Source: Daphnia carinata (taxonomy: Eukaryota). Taken from it: DNA of 64,000 nucleotides. Numbering within the stretch: position 1 is the stretch's first letter; each line of letters opens with the position of its first letter. Both the position numbers and the translations under genes were made by a program. Of this stretch, positions 22,755 to 54,561 are shown piece by piece. The stretch is from assembly GCF_022539665.2 (NCBI RefSeq), contig NC_081334.1, positions 1,116,001 through 1,180,000 of the forward strand, written 5' to 3'. Below the pieces are notes generated by a model, which saw only the letters and a list, made by a program, of their open reading frames with translations, searched no databases and was not told the DNA's origin.

Positions 22755-25700
22755 TCAGTCGTTCAGGTCTTTCATTTCGACCTGGATACAAATAGTGGCC
22801 GAAGAAAGCGGTTCGCCGTTCCTCACCAACGGAACGTGACGATATCCTGATGTTTTTTTTTTTTCAAAAACAGAACAATGCACTCTTTTAGCCAATCTCA
22901 TTTGAATTTTCATTGTTTTTACGTTTATTACCTGGGCTGATGTGATTGACGGGCAGAGAATAAGATCCAATGAAGCGACTGGCACCAATCGTTTGGCTAT
23001 CTTTGACGGTAAAACAGATGACAGCTAATTCTGGGGCTCGAAGAAACACTTCGACGGCCTCATCCCAGTATGGATTAAATCCATTATTAGCCACCACACG
23101 AGTACGGAACGAGAACGTATCGGCTGAATGGCCCAAAATTTTGATTGTGACGTAAGGATCAACAATAGAATTTTCGCTTTCTCCAACTTTGGGTAAATAT
23201 TGACCGCTGATGATTCGCACTTTCAGATATTTTTGTAACTTGTCGTGTTCCAGCGGTAGGGGGAACGTGTTGTTGATTAAGTACTGTGGTTTCAGTACGT
23301 AACCGCAATTGCCATTTTGGCGGAAAAAGCCGCGGTACATTCGCATTTCTTTGCTGTTTGTCTGGTAATTTAATGCTACGATTTGGCTGCCCACTGCCCA
23401 GTGAGGAAATGGAGAGAAATTGCTCGACGTCGTTCTCGTTGCTGCAGGATAAATCCGAACCAACTGGCGTGTAGTGTGTCTGACAAAATCCTCACAAGAT
23501 TCCGTTATCAAATCCAGAGCTTTGCCCTCCGAAAAGGACGAAATGTGGTAGCACTTGTCTATCAAAAGATGAAAAAAGAACTGCATATTTCAGTGGGGAA
23601 AGAGATATAAGGTTTTACCTTTTTTAAGACTGTTGACGAAGCCATGGAACTTGACGGCTTCGCAAATGTTGACCATGTCGAACAGGTCTTTGGCTATTGG
23701 TTGTGAAGTTTTCTCCTGCTTTTGATAAAGGTTTATTGATCTGTATAGACAAGTGAACTCATAAATGAATTACTTGGCTGCTATTTGCATGAGGCAATGG
23801 CACGGCTGGTTGACTGGAACTTGGATTCTTCTGGGCAAGTTGTTCTTCCTTCTCCGGAGGAGGTGAAGGCGCAGGACTCGATGTAGTCGAAGGTGCATGA
23901 TGCGATCCACTGGATATATACTTTTTGGCTTTGATGATGATCTTGTTACGAAGTTGTTCAGGAGACGGAAGTTCTTTCATATCCGCAACGTCCATCAGAC
24001 ACAGGAAGTCTATTATTAGAGCGGGAGTGAGTAATCGTCATTCGCTTTATAGAACACACACACATGAGTGGCGTACCTCCTATGGCATCCTTAATCTGAG
24101 TGGCTAGCACGGCCTGCTGTTCCAGGCAGAGGTGATTTTCAAATGACAAGAACAAAGGGTAGTCAGTGGTTTTGAATGCAAATGGTTTTATGGCATCATT
24201 CAGCACATCTTTGACTGGCACTGTTCCCGTCAGCGTATTTCCATGGTAAATAACCGGCTCTCCGTCAGATCCATCCCATAGGTCCACTGTCGGATGTTGA
24301 ATGATTGTTCATTATGCGGAGATAGTTACATAAAGAATAAAATTTTTACTTACGTTCAATGCAACGGCACCCGTTCTTTAAGACGGTAATGTAGGCCTCA
24401 ATGCTACTTTCGCTCGTCAGTTGATTTCCCGTCAGATAACTACACGATAAAAGAAATTTTAAGCTCAATTAATATTTGATGAAATCTGAAAAAGCCAAAA
24501 ACACGTTACGTGTTGTGCGAAGAAGCGATAAAATAATGAGAGAGGGGACGAGTCATGTCATGGACAACTTTATCACGTTGACTTTCATCCAGTATTTCGA
24601 ACATGGGAGAAGTCATGAGAGCCGTAAAACCTGAATGAACCACAAAAACAAATGATTTTTTATCAGAGTCGTGAAAATTTAAATGGTAATCCGACTAAAA
24701 GCAAACAGATAAGACAGAATTACCTGCAAGTGTCATCCTTCCCATTTCTTTGGATGGCGAAGGGTCAAAACGTCGGATCAAACCGACAGCGAATTCGGCA
24801 TTAACATCTTTCATCGATTGCTCTTTTTCGAGAAACTGACGTAAACCGTTGGGTGACATTGAAGCTCCATCATCTTCAGAATATCTAAGGGAAGATCACC
24901 AAACGTTAATCGGCTTTAAATATTACCTTAATTGAGGCTTTAAATACTTTCGAAATAAGGTATCGATCTCGGGGCGCACGAGGAGCAACTGGTAAAACTG
25001 GATGAACTCTTCAGCATCAATAGCGTCCTCGCCTTTGATTTTTCGCTTTCTTACATTGGAAATCTTGGATAAGCCAAAAAAAAGAGAGAAAGAACCGAAT
25101 AAATACACGTGAAAGCTCAAGGGTTTGTTTTGTGCTACCTGGAATAATTTTATGGCTGCATCTGGATCGATTTTCATGTTTAGTTGCAGAAGAAGTTGGC
25201 AACATTCGTCGAAACACAAAGCACCTGAACCGTCTTTGTCCGCCTTATTAAACAACAGTTTCAACCACCTACAAAGAAAAGTTAATCGAGCGATCTTAGC
25301 ATGTCAATTTGAAATGCGAACTTCGATTAAAAAAGTTCTTACTGTTGATCAGATCTCCGTTTTTGAACCGCTTGAACAGCTGTGATCAACGATTTAAATC
25401 CTCTGACCCAAGTGGCCGCAGTTTCAGGATCGCTGGCCACTAAATCCAGGCTTTTGTTATCCCGGCCATGAATTATAGAAAAACAACAGTCTTCTTTAAG
25501 CATTGGAGGTCGTTGTGGATCTTTAGCCCGTTTCTTCTCAGCCTGCCTGCCAGCCAAATTAAATATATCTGCAATAAATCAATCTTTAAATTATCCTCAC
25601 AATCTACACATTTTTTAATAAATTACGAATAAACCTGTTTTCCATCCTAACCGAGCATCTTTAATATCCAAGATGTCAATGTGTTGTTTGGCATTGCACC

Positions 25701-26824
25701 AGAACGGTTTGTGGCTCGGTTCGTAGTGAAGTCGCATGTTTTGGGTATCAACCCAATAGCGTCGACGGTACCAGGCATTGGATGAGCGGAGTTTCCACAG
25801 AACAGTACCCACACGGACGGCAGCTAGGTCGGCATCGTCTGTTGGTGGGGGTGAACTTGCTATCACATCTGTCATAAATGTATCGTTTTTAACAACAGAA
25901 AAAGAAAAAAGGAGAAGAGGAAAGAGCCTAAACGATAACAGAAATCATTCTGAAACGAGTTGGAAAGATAAATAAACATTTCCAGGGGAGGAAAATAATG
26001 GCATAACCATAACCAAAAGAAAAGGGTAGCATTCAAACATGGTTAGCATTAACCGCGATAAATCACACGTATCTGTTCAGAAAAACAAAATACCCGGCTG
26101 TTTTAAGAAACTGTTTATATTTTCTCGCAGACGTTGGTAAAGCTATTTTACAAAGGAAATTCAATCTTTTTTTTTCCGAAAGGCAATTCCCTGAAAAGTA
26201 ATGAGCGGAAACATGAAAGGGGATACGTGCCGGTATAAATAGCTAGCCAGCCAATACCGCCAGTTCATTTATACTGTACTTTCAGTCAACTGGAATATCA
26301 CCATTGGTCGCTTAATTTCTTCTATTTCAAATAAATTCAATTTGGAAATAGTTTAGGAAATATTAACAGTTGCCTAAAACACCATCCTGTTTTTTTTGAG
26401 AAATGGGTGGTTTATGATGATGTATAATCGCTAGGATTTCCGGCCAAGACGTAAAAATGGCAAAATAAGGACGTTACACACAAGAGAAAGAGCAGTAAAA
26501 GATGAAGCCATTCGAATATCCTACAGTGGATTAAATTAAAGCTTTAAAAACACGAATTCTATTTGCTACTATTTGCGGGGCGTATTTCTTTCCCCTAGCA
26601 CGAACGGAAATCTCTAGATTTGGAGAATTGGCAAACGCCCTTGTTTTACCCAGAACACACAATAACACATACATAGTATATCCTTGATTAATCATGAATA
26701 GTCAATCAGGAGAGAGATTTCTGATACAGAGTTTTAATGCTTGGTTACCTTGGAATTCTGGTGTTTCCTCAAGCAAGTGTGACGGGTAAATGCTACTCGG
26801 AGTTTGGGCAGAGACGACGGCCAT
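22755..26824 (-). CDS. Phosphoinositide phospholipase C, delta-like (PH, EF-hand, X, Y, C2); multi-exon; start uncertain
   Basis: PH ([18 protein letters not shown]), EF-hand ([13 protein letters not shown]), X box ([35 protein letters not shown]), Y box ([33 protein letters not shown]), C2 ([18 protein letters not shown]); no beta/gamma extension after C2. Confidence 0.9.
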
Positions 26825-29800
26825 GATGCCGTTTAGCTGCTTTGTTTTTGGATGTATTTCTGTGAGGGTCGCCCAGATGCTGTTCTTTAGCAGTTTTACT
26901 CAGAAAAACAGTGGATGTGATTTGAAACTTAAATCAAAAGCAGCCAACCAAGACGAGGTTATTTTTTTTCAGCCGACACTGCAGAACACCATCCGGTTTC
27001 TTTCTTGGGTGCTGTTTTTTGTGTGTTTTGTTTACGAACACAGTACAACGCGTTGAGAGACCAACAGACGAACAGTTCGGGTTTCACGTACAAGGAAGAC
27101 TTCTTTTTTTTTTTTCTTGTCAAATGTGTGTGTGGGTGGGGTGGAAGCTCTTGATGTGATCCTCCGGCTCACTGTTTGAAGAGATGTTGGTGTCTTGCCT
27201 CCAGTCTGGCTGGCATGGCAAGACCTAGAACTTGTTTTGGAGAGTCAAGATGCTTGTCTGCTACCAAGATTGCCTTTGGCATTTTTGTTGTTTTTCTTCC
27301 ATTTTCTATTCTGTCTCCTATCCACGTCTTCGTGTCCCCTCCCCAATGGTTCTTTTTCGCAGGAATTTTCGTTTGCTGCCAGGGATCTTCCCTTTCAGTT
27401 TCGAAAGCGCCGGTAGTTATAGAAAACAAAACACAAAAACCTTGAAAGGAAGTTTGACATGAAAAAACCCAATGACCATCACTTCCGTCCTGTCGCAATA
27501 AGCGTACGCTCCAAATCTTGAGCCATGAACATTTTTGGCAGTTGACTGTTTGACAGTAAGAGAATACGTGTCAATGAGTTTGTCTCTTCTACGAAAAGTG
27601 GGAATTGTTGAGGTGTTGCTTGGAAACAGCCGTTTTGTTCGATTGGTCTTATGTTACTGTCGACTATTTAAAGACAAGTATACAAGTAATACAAGGTGGA
27701 CTGCTAAACCGAGTGTCTGTAAAACGTGGAATCATTTTCAAACGCAGCCATTTTGATTTTCAGACCACATGGAGTTTGTAGTTCGATAAAATGCCACCTG
27801 TCATAAGATGTTATTTTATTTTTTAAAATTCCATCTATTCTTGTTCGTAAAAAAAAAACAAAAAAACAGACGGCCTGTTTTCGTCGCTGGCTCGTAACAA
27901 ACTCTTGATTACAGAGGCGATCGTACGGGAATACATTTACGTGTTTGATAAAGAACGAGTCGTATAATAAAAACAGAGCGTTTCAACTAGTTGACGACTC
28001 GTTGCGCTGGAATGTGTATTGTTTTATTATTTAAAACAAAATTGCCGTAGCACTGCCAATACGGAAAGCACCACGAATAAAACGACAGAAGTCACGGCGA
28101 GGTGCACACATCAGGAGTTTCATGGCGGCATGGCTATAGGTTTTCGGGAGGGGATCGGGAGCTCACGCTCGTAGATGTGACTAGTTTCGGGTAGTTTATA
28201 TTGGACGTGCCCAAAATTCAAGGCTGACGGGCTGAAATAAAATGAAAATGGATGAAAGGAAGGAAAAAGGGGGAATGTACAATTGTTTTTTTGCTTCTTT
28301 TGTTCTGCTACTCGTTCAATTCGCCGGTCATCGTTCGATCCTTTTTTTTTTTTTGTTCTCCTACCGTTTGTTCGATTCAGAGTTGCCGTTGACAACAACA
28401 ATTTACGTCAAACGACCGCTAGATGTCAATAGATGGGACTTTTTCTACCCCCATTTTCCTAGGCCCATGAGAGTACATATTTCGTATGCAGACCATAATT
28501 CCATCCATATTGGAAAAGGACGAAGCATTAGGGAAGAAGAATGAGTTGTCTACCACTTCAGATGATTACAATTTCAAACAGGGGGAGGACCTTTTTTTTT
28601 ATTATTATTTTCATATGGTGAGAGAAACATTCCGTGTGTGACAGGCAAGTTGGGGCGAAACTAATCCAGTAATTGCCTTTTCTTGCGGGACACACACAAA
28701 GAGTGGCATGGGAAATGCTCATCATGGCTAATGAAAAGCAGCTGGAAAGGAACGCATTATGTCATCAGAAGAGTGGACTGGTTGGAAAATACCAAACTTG
28801 TCAACACAAGACGAACACACACACACACACACAGATGAACCAACCACAAGATTTCGATTTTTGTTTGTACTACGCACTGCACTTTTTTTTTTATTGTCAT
28901 TTTTTTTTTTTGTCGTCATCATCACCGCTGCTGGCCACATACATAAACAATCAATGGAAATTGAAACAATTTTTCGATTCCTCAGACCTCCCCCCCCCCC
29001 TTCTAACATCCCCACATTTTGTGTAACACGTACATGTACACGTCTATACGCGATATATCATAATATATTTAATATGTATACTTGTATGTCACAGACGCGA
29101 GAGAGAGACAGTAGGAGGGTGGGAAAAAAAAGTCAGGCCAGAAGAAGACTCATTGCCAAAAAAAAATAAAGAAGAAAAAGAAAAAAAAATTAACAAGAAA
29201 AAAAACAAAAAAAAAAAACAAAGAAAGTCTCCACTGGCGCGCGCCATAAGTATCATATCTCTGAGACGAAACATTTCACGACTGCGTGACACGTACGGAA
29301 GAGAGGGAACGGACTTGTGAGCAGCTCGGTTGGCAGTTTGACTCGACATCCAAACAGACAGTCACACGGGCTCACACCTGGAACCGAGACGACACACTCA
29401 CACAAAAGAAAAAAAAAAAAACACACACACACACGCGTACATGACACACACAAACCAGACACACACAAGACGCTAGACGATCCGCAGCATCCGCCAACAA
29501 GTGCGAAAAAAAAAAACATACAAATCCCCATACACGCCATTGATTATGTACCCCATCATAAATCATCAAAGTACAAGGGTCTACAGCAATGTGTCCAAGA
29601 TTTTGGATAACCCTCTGCCATCACCGAATCTCACTGAAAACGAAAAGAAAAATTTGAGGGGGGGGGGGAATTCAACAAATCGATGTGACATTATTTTTTT
29701 TTTTTGTTGTTGTGTTGGATTATAAATGAGGGCAAGCGAAGGGAAATCAGAAGGTACTGAGAATCAGTCAAAATGTCCAAAAAAAAAAAAAAAAAAAAAA

Positions 29801-30244
29801 GGAGAAAACGAGCTGGACGATATTACCATCACAGTGGACAAAAAAAAAAAAAAAAAAAGATTTCAATTCAAATTTTCGGGAGAATTTCAGAAGAGTAGAA
29901 CGACATGATTTTCAACACGCTCAACGGAGGAGGAAGGGGGGGGGATTTCTAAATAAATGGAAACGTGAGAACAACGGTGTGTGTGTTGAGGGGAGGATGT
30001 TTGTTTTTTCTTCCATTTTTTGTTTTGTTTTAAATATGATAAATTGAAACGTAAGAAGGGCCGAGCTGAACAACACGAGTGTCGCATTACAAGAAACGGG
30101 AGAGTTACAATTGTTTTCTTTTTTTTTTTGCGGATTCTCCAACCCACACACACACACACTTATTAAACTTTGAACCTTCATTTTTCGTTTTAAGTGTGAT
30201 GCCAAGTTTATCGTATCGCGCCAATTTGACTGTATCACTGCAGT

Positions 30245-43356
<13,112 letters not shown>

Positions 43357-44299
43357 TGCAGCAATTTCGGTCTGCCCAATCCAACACAGTCCAACACAAA
43401 TCACTCACAAAAGGACAAGAGCAAAATATTTCACTAAACTACAAAAAGAAGAAGAATTTCCTAAACTTTACTTGACATGTACAACGGAATCACAGATCTG
43501 AGTAAGGACAATAATCAGCATTCAAGGGCATCGACATGCTTGCAACATTACAGCACTGTTTATCAGCCATTTGGCTGTACAACCAAAGCTGACATCTAGT
43601 GAAATTTCTTGGGCATGCGACTTGTAGCCACCTAACGGTAAAATAGCTGGCTAAGGTCTAAATCACGAGGGCGATGCAGCATAACGTGAAATCCCAGAAA
43701 CGCATGATTTTGTATACATACCTTGGCTAACCACAGCTATATCTATAATACAAAGATACACGAATGATTTAGTTTAGATGGAGATCGTGATTTAACTATC
43801 CAGATGAGCCCATGCTTAAAGGAAATTTCTCCGCCATCTCCTTCCCTATTTTATCTTTGAAATTAATCTCTATGTTGAAGAAACTGTAAAAAGTTATGAT
43901 AGGAACACTTTCTTCGATTCGGAAGGCATATAGGGAAATTATTGTCTTCTTCTTGCTCAACTTCGTTTTTTAAATCATGGTCTTTAAAAATAAAAATATT
44001 TAAGATTCTCGATTCTAAATCATAATCGAAGTAATAATTGTCATTGTCAATTCGTCACTAGAAATTCGAAAGCCTGGCACTAAGACTGGCAACCCCGGTT
44101 TGATCATTCCCGCCAATTTCCATCATTCGCAATCCTCATGGTTCTTTGTGACATTCTTTGTTGCTTCTCCGTACTACTGGAGATTAGACTTCTTGGTGTC
44201 TGTGGCGGTTATTTCGTTTTTGTGTCAACAATATTTCTTCATTATTAGTCTTAACCACGAATTTGCGTATCTTGTGCACGAAAAGAAATTTTTTTTTTT

Positions 44300-44307
44300 G
44301 CGCGAAA
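44300..44307 (-). promoter_or_regulatory. E2F-binding site (TTTCGCGC) just upstream of the MCM2 ATG; second E2F-like TTCCCGCC near 44107
   Basis: GCGCGAAA on + strand equals canonical TTTCGCGC on - strand; MCM genes are established E2F targets. Confidence 0.55.
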
Positions 44308-44332
44308 TTGTTAAAATCGAAAAATCAGCGCG

Positions 44333-48024
<3,692 letters not shown>

Positions 48025-48808
48025 GGGATGTCAGTTATAAAAACAGCTGGACAAATGATTGCTGTGGTAACAAACAATTTTGTCCTTTAAACATGTAGAT
48101 AAATTTTCATCATCTTTCCATTATCGGGAGGAAACCTCCTCTTGGCCGTATTTTTTTTTTAGGTGATACATTACTATGTATTACTTAGTGCGTATTTAAT
48201 GATGTTTTTACGTGTCATATTAAATGCATGTTCTTTGCCGGTATGATGTTTTCGTATTTTTTTTTATATGGTCATTTTCCTGCTTTGATTGGCCATTTGA
48301 ATTTTAGCTGTTCATATGGTCAAATTTCATACAGAATTTTTAGAAGAGAGTCTCTTGCATTGAACCTACAGTTTTCAATGTATTACTGTATACCACCAGG
48401 CGAAGGCAAAATTTAAGGGTAAACTGCATTTGAATTAAATATTTTAATAAGTAATTAATTTTTATTATGAATGACAATATAGGTAGGGTCTACCTTGTTA
48501 TGGTGCAGCCAGGTCTTTCAGTAACCAGTTATTGTTAAAAAGTGAAACACCGGAAAAGCGAAAGTTGAATTTCACTAGATACATAAGTGCATGCATCAAG
48601 GGGCCTGCTCAACAATATGAACGGAATACCCAGCCATATTTGTACCAGTTGATCTTAGGAAATCTACCAGACGGGTTGCAACCAATTTCCCTCGCCACCG
48701 ATTTCGATTGTCACACTTAACCTTTCAGTGCGGCATCACATCGCAGTAAAAGAAAACTACGCTGTTCTTTTTCTACAATTACTGGCGTACCTGTTTGAAG
48801 TTACACCA

Positions 48809-51800
48809 ATGGAAGGACTTCAAAAAATGCGTTTGCGCATTTCTTCTTTGTCAGCCTATTGGAAAACCTACGTTTTAGTGCTGTTGCCGTTAATTCTTTT
48901 ACCGCTACCGATCATGGGGAGTGGAAAGGTAAGATTCATTTTAATCTTATTTGGATGAGTAACGAAGTTTAGTAAGAGAAAACGCAAAGATGTAACTGAA
49001 TTAAATTTAGGCTTAATTGTATTTAAAGTTGAGATCCCGATAAGCTTGCTCGCAGTTAAACTTTATCATGAGGAATTCGAAAGCATGGTCAATTTCATTG
49101 TGACTTAATCGTTTTTTCTTTCTCTTTTCTCGATACAAGTAGAAAGTAAAACTGAACTTGATTCCACTTTCTCTTCTTAATGCACTCTGTAAATCCTGAT
49201 CCCCAATCAATTTAACCTAAAATAGGAGCTGCTTGAAGTTTTTTCCCGACCATTCTTTTTATATGTGTTCAAACAGTTACAAAATTGCCACTAGCTATTG
49301 TGTACGAACGTTCGGAACTGTTATACGTTTCTTTTGACCTTGAAACTCCAGAGCATTCTTGGCCATGCAAGAAAAATTTACTGCGAATATTTCGTAGGTA
49401 TGAGAATAATTCGAGGCATGGGATGCAAGGCCCCACGGCAATTCCGCGTGAGTTTTGCCCGCAAACTGCACGAGGATAAAACTTAACCATTTTAATTTTA
49501 ACTGTTTTGAAAAAATTATCCCACAGTTGCATGATGTAGCTAAGAATAATACTATGTATTTTAAATAGTTTAATGTACTGCTGAATTCAGTGCACTAAAA
49601 TGAATAACCTTTATGTTTTCTCGTATCCTGTAGGAAGCACGAACAGGCTTTGTAATCATCATAATGGCAGTTTACTGGATGACGGAAGCTTTGCCTGTAC
49701 CTGTTACTAGTCTGCTTCCTGTCGTCCTCTTCCCTTTACTTGGCATTATGAATACAGGAAAAGTCTGCACTGCATACATGAAGGTAGGATTGATTGCACA
49801 GAAGATATATTTATTGCACATTACGTCACTAATGCAAGTGGAAAATTATATCATTTTCCCCCGCTTTAAATCGTAGGAAACAAACATGATGTTTATAGGA
49901 GGCCTGATGGTAGCTTTGGCAATCGAGCATTGCAATTTGCACAAGAGAATTGCTTTGAAAGTTTTGCTTTACGTCGGCGCTAGTCCTAGATGGTTTGGCA
50001 TTTTAATTATGTTTTTCCAAAAAATCAAAGTTACAGGTGATTTTTCATGCTACTATATAAAACAATTGATGTCGCATGCACAGGTTGATGCTAGGATTCA
50101 TGTTGACCACCATGTTTCTGTCCATGTGGATTTCAAATACAGCTACCACTGCCATGGTACGTACAATCCCTTTGGATAACGCCAACTATGATTGACACTT
50201 TAATCTTTGAATTTCAAACTAGATGGTTCCTATCGTTGACGCCGTGGTACAAGAGCTGTTTAAGGTTCGTTCACTTCATTTTATCTAATCAAAGTTTTGA
50301 GTAGCAATATACGTTAAAAGTAGACAATAAAATCAACGTCTTTGTCCGTTTCACATAAAGGACAAGGTGGAGGAAACGAAGAAAGATTCAGACGTCCGTG
50401 TAATTCCAAATGGGTTGTCGACCTCTTCATCCTCGCTCGATATTGAACATACGTTTGAAAGCATTTGCCAGAATTCTGAAACAGGATCCGTAGATTCCGT
50501 TGCTGACTACGTTGGTAAAAGCTGCATGGAACTGACAACCTCTGGAGAGCAAAGGTACGGCTGCCTATATTCCTCGTATTTTTCTAATGATCATTTCTTC
50601 CTCCTCAGTCAATAATATCGCCTCTACGAATTTTTTTTTATTCCACTTCTTGCTTATGATTCTGAGGGGTAATTATTTCTTCCAATTGAAAGTGGTTTCC
50701 AAAAATTCATTCTCCTTGGGATTTTTTTTCTCTTTTAAAAACTTAACTTCATAAAGTGTATCAAAAGAAGCATATATTCACTGTCTGACTTCTGGGGCAA
50801 CTAATTTTTTAAAAATTATGTCTGTTTGGGTATCAGAAATAATGTACCGAATTCAGAATGTTTGGTAAATCACGACAGATGCGCCGACAACCCTGATGAC
50901 AAAAAGAAAATCGGTAGCTGTGTACTCATGTCTATTGCATACGCTTCCAATATTGGAGGTACTGGATCTCTCATAGGTTCCGGTCCGCAATTAGCCCTTA
51001 AAGGAATATTGAATGAGTGAGTTGTTGATCTCTGCAAATCTCTTTTAATGCTGTATTTAACAATAGCACTAGAAGACCAAGTCTAACGTTAATCTGTTTG
51101 CAGGTTGTATGGCTCAGATTCTGGTTTGAATTTTGCCACATGGATGGCATTTAATGTTCCAGGGATGCTTATCAACACATTCTTTGCATGGATATGGCTC
51201 CAGTATTTATTCATTGGATTCAAGCGGTAAGACATTATCAGCTTTTCTTATTTTTCATTTTCTTTCTAAGAATAGCCTTTTGCTGCGATGGAGAATTGGA
51301 TGTTTACCTCGCTTTTTTTTTAGAACAACGGTAGACGAAAAAGGAAAAGCTGTAATTGTTAAAAAGCTAATTAGGAAAAAGTATGAAGAATTGGGACCAA
51401 TGACCTTTCACGAACTGGTGACACTCATTTTATTCGTTTTGTGTGTTGTGCTCTGGTTTTTCCGCGACCCGCAATTTATCACTGGATGGTCCGAATTCTT
51501 ACCTGCCGTGTAATTAATATAACATTTGCACTTGCACCTACAGTTAAGGATAAGAAGGTTTTAAATTTCTTTAATCTGCTTTTTCTTTTTTGGCGTAGAG
51601 AAGTGGATGATGCAACTGCAGTAATGGCTATCGTCATGCTTTTTTTCATCATCCCAGCAAAGCCAAAATTTTGGTTCAGTAATCCAGGAGGTAGAGCCAA
51701 TTGGGTTATTACAATGCAGGATACTTAATAATTTCATTACAGCTAGCATTACTAATCTTTTTTTAAAATTATTTTATTCTTTGGCTTTTTTTGTGTTCAG

Positions 51801-52738
51801 AAAGAAATTCCGATCGATCCAGTCCTGCCCTTTTGGAATGGAAGTATGTACAGGATAAACTACCGTGGGGAATCGTTCTTCTTTTAGGTGATTTTTATTC
51901 AAATTGGTTGGTACTAAAAATGATTTTGATTTTAAAGGTGAGAAATTTTGTTTAAAGGCGGGGGTTTCGCCATATCCGATGCCTCAAAAATATCCGGACT
52001 TTCTACTTGGCTTGGAAGTCAATTAGCTGGTTTAAGTGTCCTGCCTCCATTTGCAATAATGATGATTATTTGCATCATGACCGCTGCCGTAACGGAAGTG
52101 TAATGTTCATAGCCTATAGCTTCAGTTTACTTATCTCTTGAATGAAATTAGTATACAATTTTCTTTTGTTGCTAGCGCATCTAACACAGCTACAGCCAAT
52201 ATCCTTCTACCTATTTTGTCTGAAATGGTAAGTGAAAATAGATGTTTTTTACGCATGTATCAGATAGTTGCAATATAAGATCGCCTCATCATTAAAATAG
52301 GCAAATACTGTACAAGTCAACCCACTATTTCTGATGCTGCCTGCAACGGTCACTTGGTAAAAAAAAATCACTTAAAATGTTAGTTTCTAATATTAATTTG
52401 AAGTAATTCTTAATACGTCACAGTTCGTACGCCTTCATGTTGCCAGTGGCCACTCCTCCTAATGCAATTGTTTTCGCTGCAGGGAAAATGAATCCGATTG
52501 ACATGGTAACTTTTAACGTAATTGATTACCGACCAAGTCACAGGAAGCACAATGTTTATTACAGATGAAGGCCGGTTTCTTCATGAACATAATATGCGTT
52601 TTCACCATTTGTGTGCTGACTACCAGCTTTGGTAGTTTGATATTTGGATTCAACGAGTTTCCAGAGTGGGCCATTCCCAAAGTATCAAACGAAACCATAG
52701 TTACGGTTTTACTTATCTCAAACTACACCACCCAGTGA
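48809..52738 (+). CDS. Indy: SLC13 family Na+/dicarboxylate-citrate transporter (INDY-like), multi-exon
   Basis: [87 protein letters not shown]. Confidence 0.92.
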
Positions 52739-53129
52739 AGACAATCCAAGAAATAGAATTGAGTGTGGATGTATATATAGGGTTAATCTCAACAAAACTT
52801 TTGCACACTTATTTTGATGAATGGTTTTCTATGTTAATGCCGGCTTGTAGAAAAAAGAGCGCCATGATTTTCAATGAAAGAAAGAATCCAGATTTGGTTG
52901 AAAAAAAAATATATACCATGTATTTCAAATCCAATTCTCATCACTGATATTCGGTGGTTCAAAATTTATCTGTGGGGAATAAGTCCGCCGTCCAGGAAAA
53001 GACCTATAAACAATGACTAGTGATACAAGATGAAATTTATTCTAAATATTTAACATGTCAATTTACGTTATTGATGTGTCTTTCTATGAAAAGGCATGTG
53101 TCCTGAATCCCACAACAAATTTCACATTT

Positions 53130-54418
53130 TCAATATCCCAATCGCTGAAGCTCTTGGAGTTGCTTATGGAGAATTTCTTCTTTAGTTTTTCGTATGTGGC
53201 TTTCCTAAAATAAAAAGATTGTTAGTTTATGCTTGCTTCCCATTTCTCTAAAGGTGCTTCTTTAGGATACCGTCCTAGATGCAGTGTATGAGCTTAAGAA
53301 TGTGTCAACATCCATTTGACCGGAGAGAAACACTTCAGCAATTGCTTCACTTTTCTCATCTGCCAGCGTTGCAGCTTGACGAAGGCTTCCCTGTAACATG
53401 TAAAAAAAACAAAAAAACTATCAAAGCAAAGGTTACCATTATGAAAAAAATTTGTCTTTTTACTTCAATGTTGTTAGGTAAATAACACTGAGACAAGTTA
53501 TGGTGCTGAGTACTTGATGAATCCCATTCTAACTTCAGCTCATTGAGTGTCTCATAGTGTTGCAATATCAGCTGTCGTTTAGCATTCAAGGTTTTCTTCA
53601 GGTCAGCAATACTCCCTATTTCAGAAACATTAATACTTATTGATGTTCCATGTTATCCATAAAATTTACAGTTTCATTAAATTACAGTTACATTAAAATC
53701 AGATCAAATTCATTACAGTTTCATTAAAATTCTGAGTATGTTAAATTATAGCCCTTACTTGCTATTTTTTCGACAACATCCAGGTGGTTTTTGACATCTA
53801 TTGCAACAGCCTCTGCTTGAGGAAGATCCTCAACAAACTGATGTAAAACATCTTCACTTTCACTCAGATTCTTGATCTGATATCTTGAGAGGCTTTCCAG
53901 TTCAGGAATGAAGGGAGGAATTGGGAAATATTGTTGCTGACTAAGTTGACTAGTTGATAGGAATGTTTCACTGCTGCTCCTTTCTCCATTTGGATAAGAT
54001 TTTATTTCAGGCAACTTTGTCATTTCTCGTACTATTGAATGCACAATTTGACCCAAATCTGAGTGCTCTGAATAATTCACTAATCCTGGAGACATTATTC
54101 GGCCATTGTCGGTTATCCAGTTGTGTTGAATCACAGGATTAATCCAAATCAAAGGCTTCTGAGTTGGAAAGTCGGAAGGTAATTGAATTTTTAATGTCAA
54201 TTCCCGATTTCCCGAACGAAAAAATACATGATATTCTCCGGCGTGAATTTCTCGAACACTGACAAGTAGAGTAAAAGGCTCAAAGTAACGAACTGTACCG
54301 ACGAAGCCAATAAAGCTATAACTTACTCGTTGATGAAAATCCGTAGTGAATCAATTTGTTTCTTTTTTTTCAAATGTACAATCGAAGGAGTTAATGGATA
54401 CACAGTAGAATGATTCAT
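53130..54418 (-). CDS. VPS37A: ESCRT-I subunit VPS37A-like (UEV-like N-terminus, Mod(r) C-terminus)
   Basis: KQIDSLRIF, LKIQLPSDFPTQKPLIWINPVIQHNWI, HSDLGQIVHSI; C-terminal ADEKSEAIAEVFLSGQMDVDTFLSSYTASRT..HIRKTKEE. Confidence 0.85.
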
Positions 54419-54561
54419 CTTGACATTATCATAACCTTATTATGACAGCGGCGGACATACTTGTTTATACATAAGCACGCATCAGTCCGCGCAAATTAGA
54501 TTGGAAAGTAAGGAAATTGTAACACAGGAGTAGGGGAATTGGTGGCCCGTGATGCCGCGAA

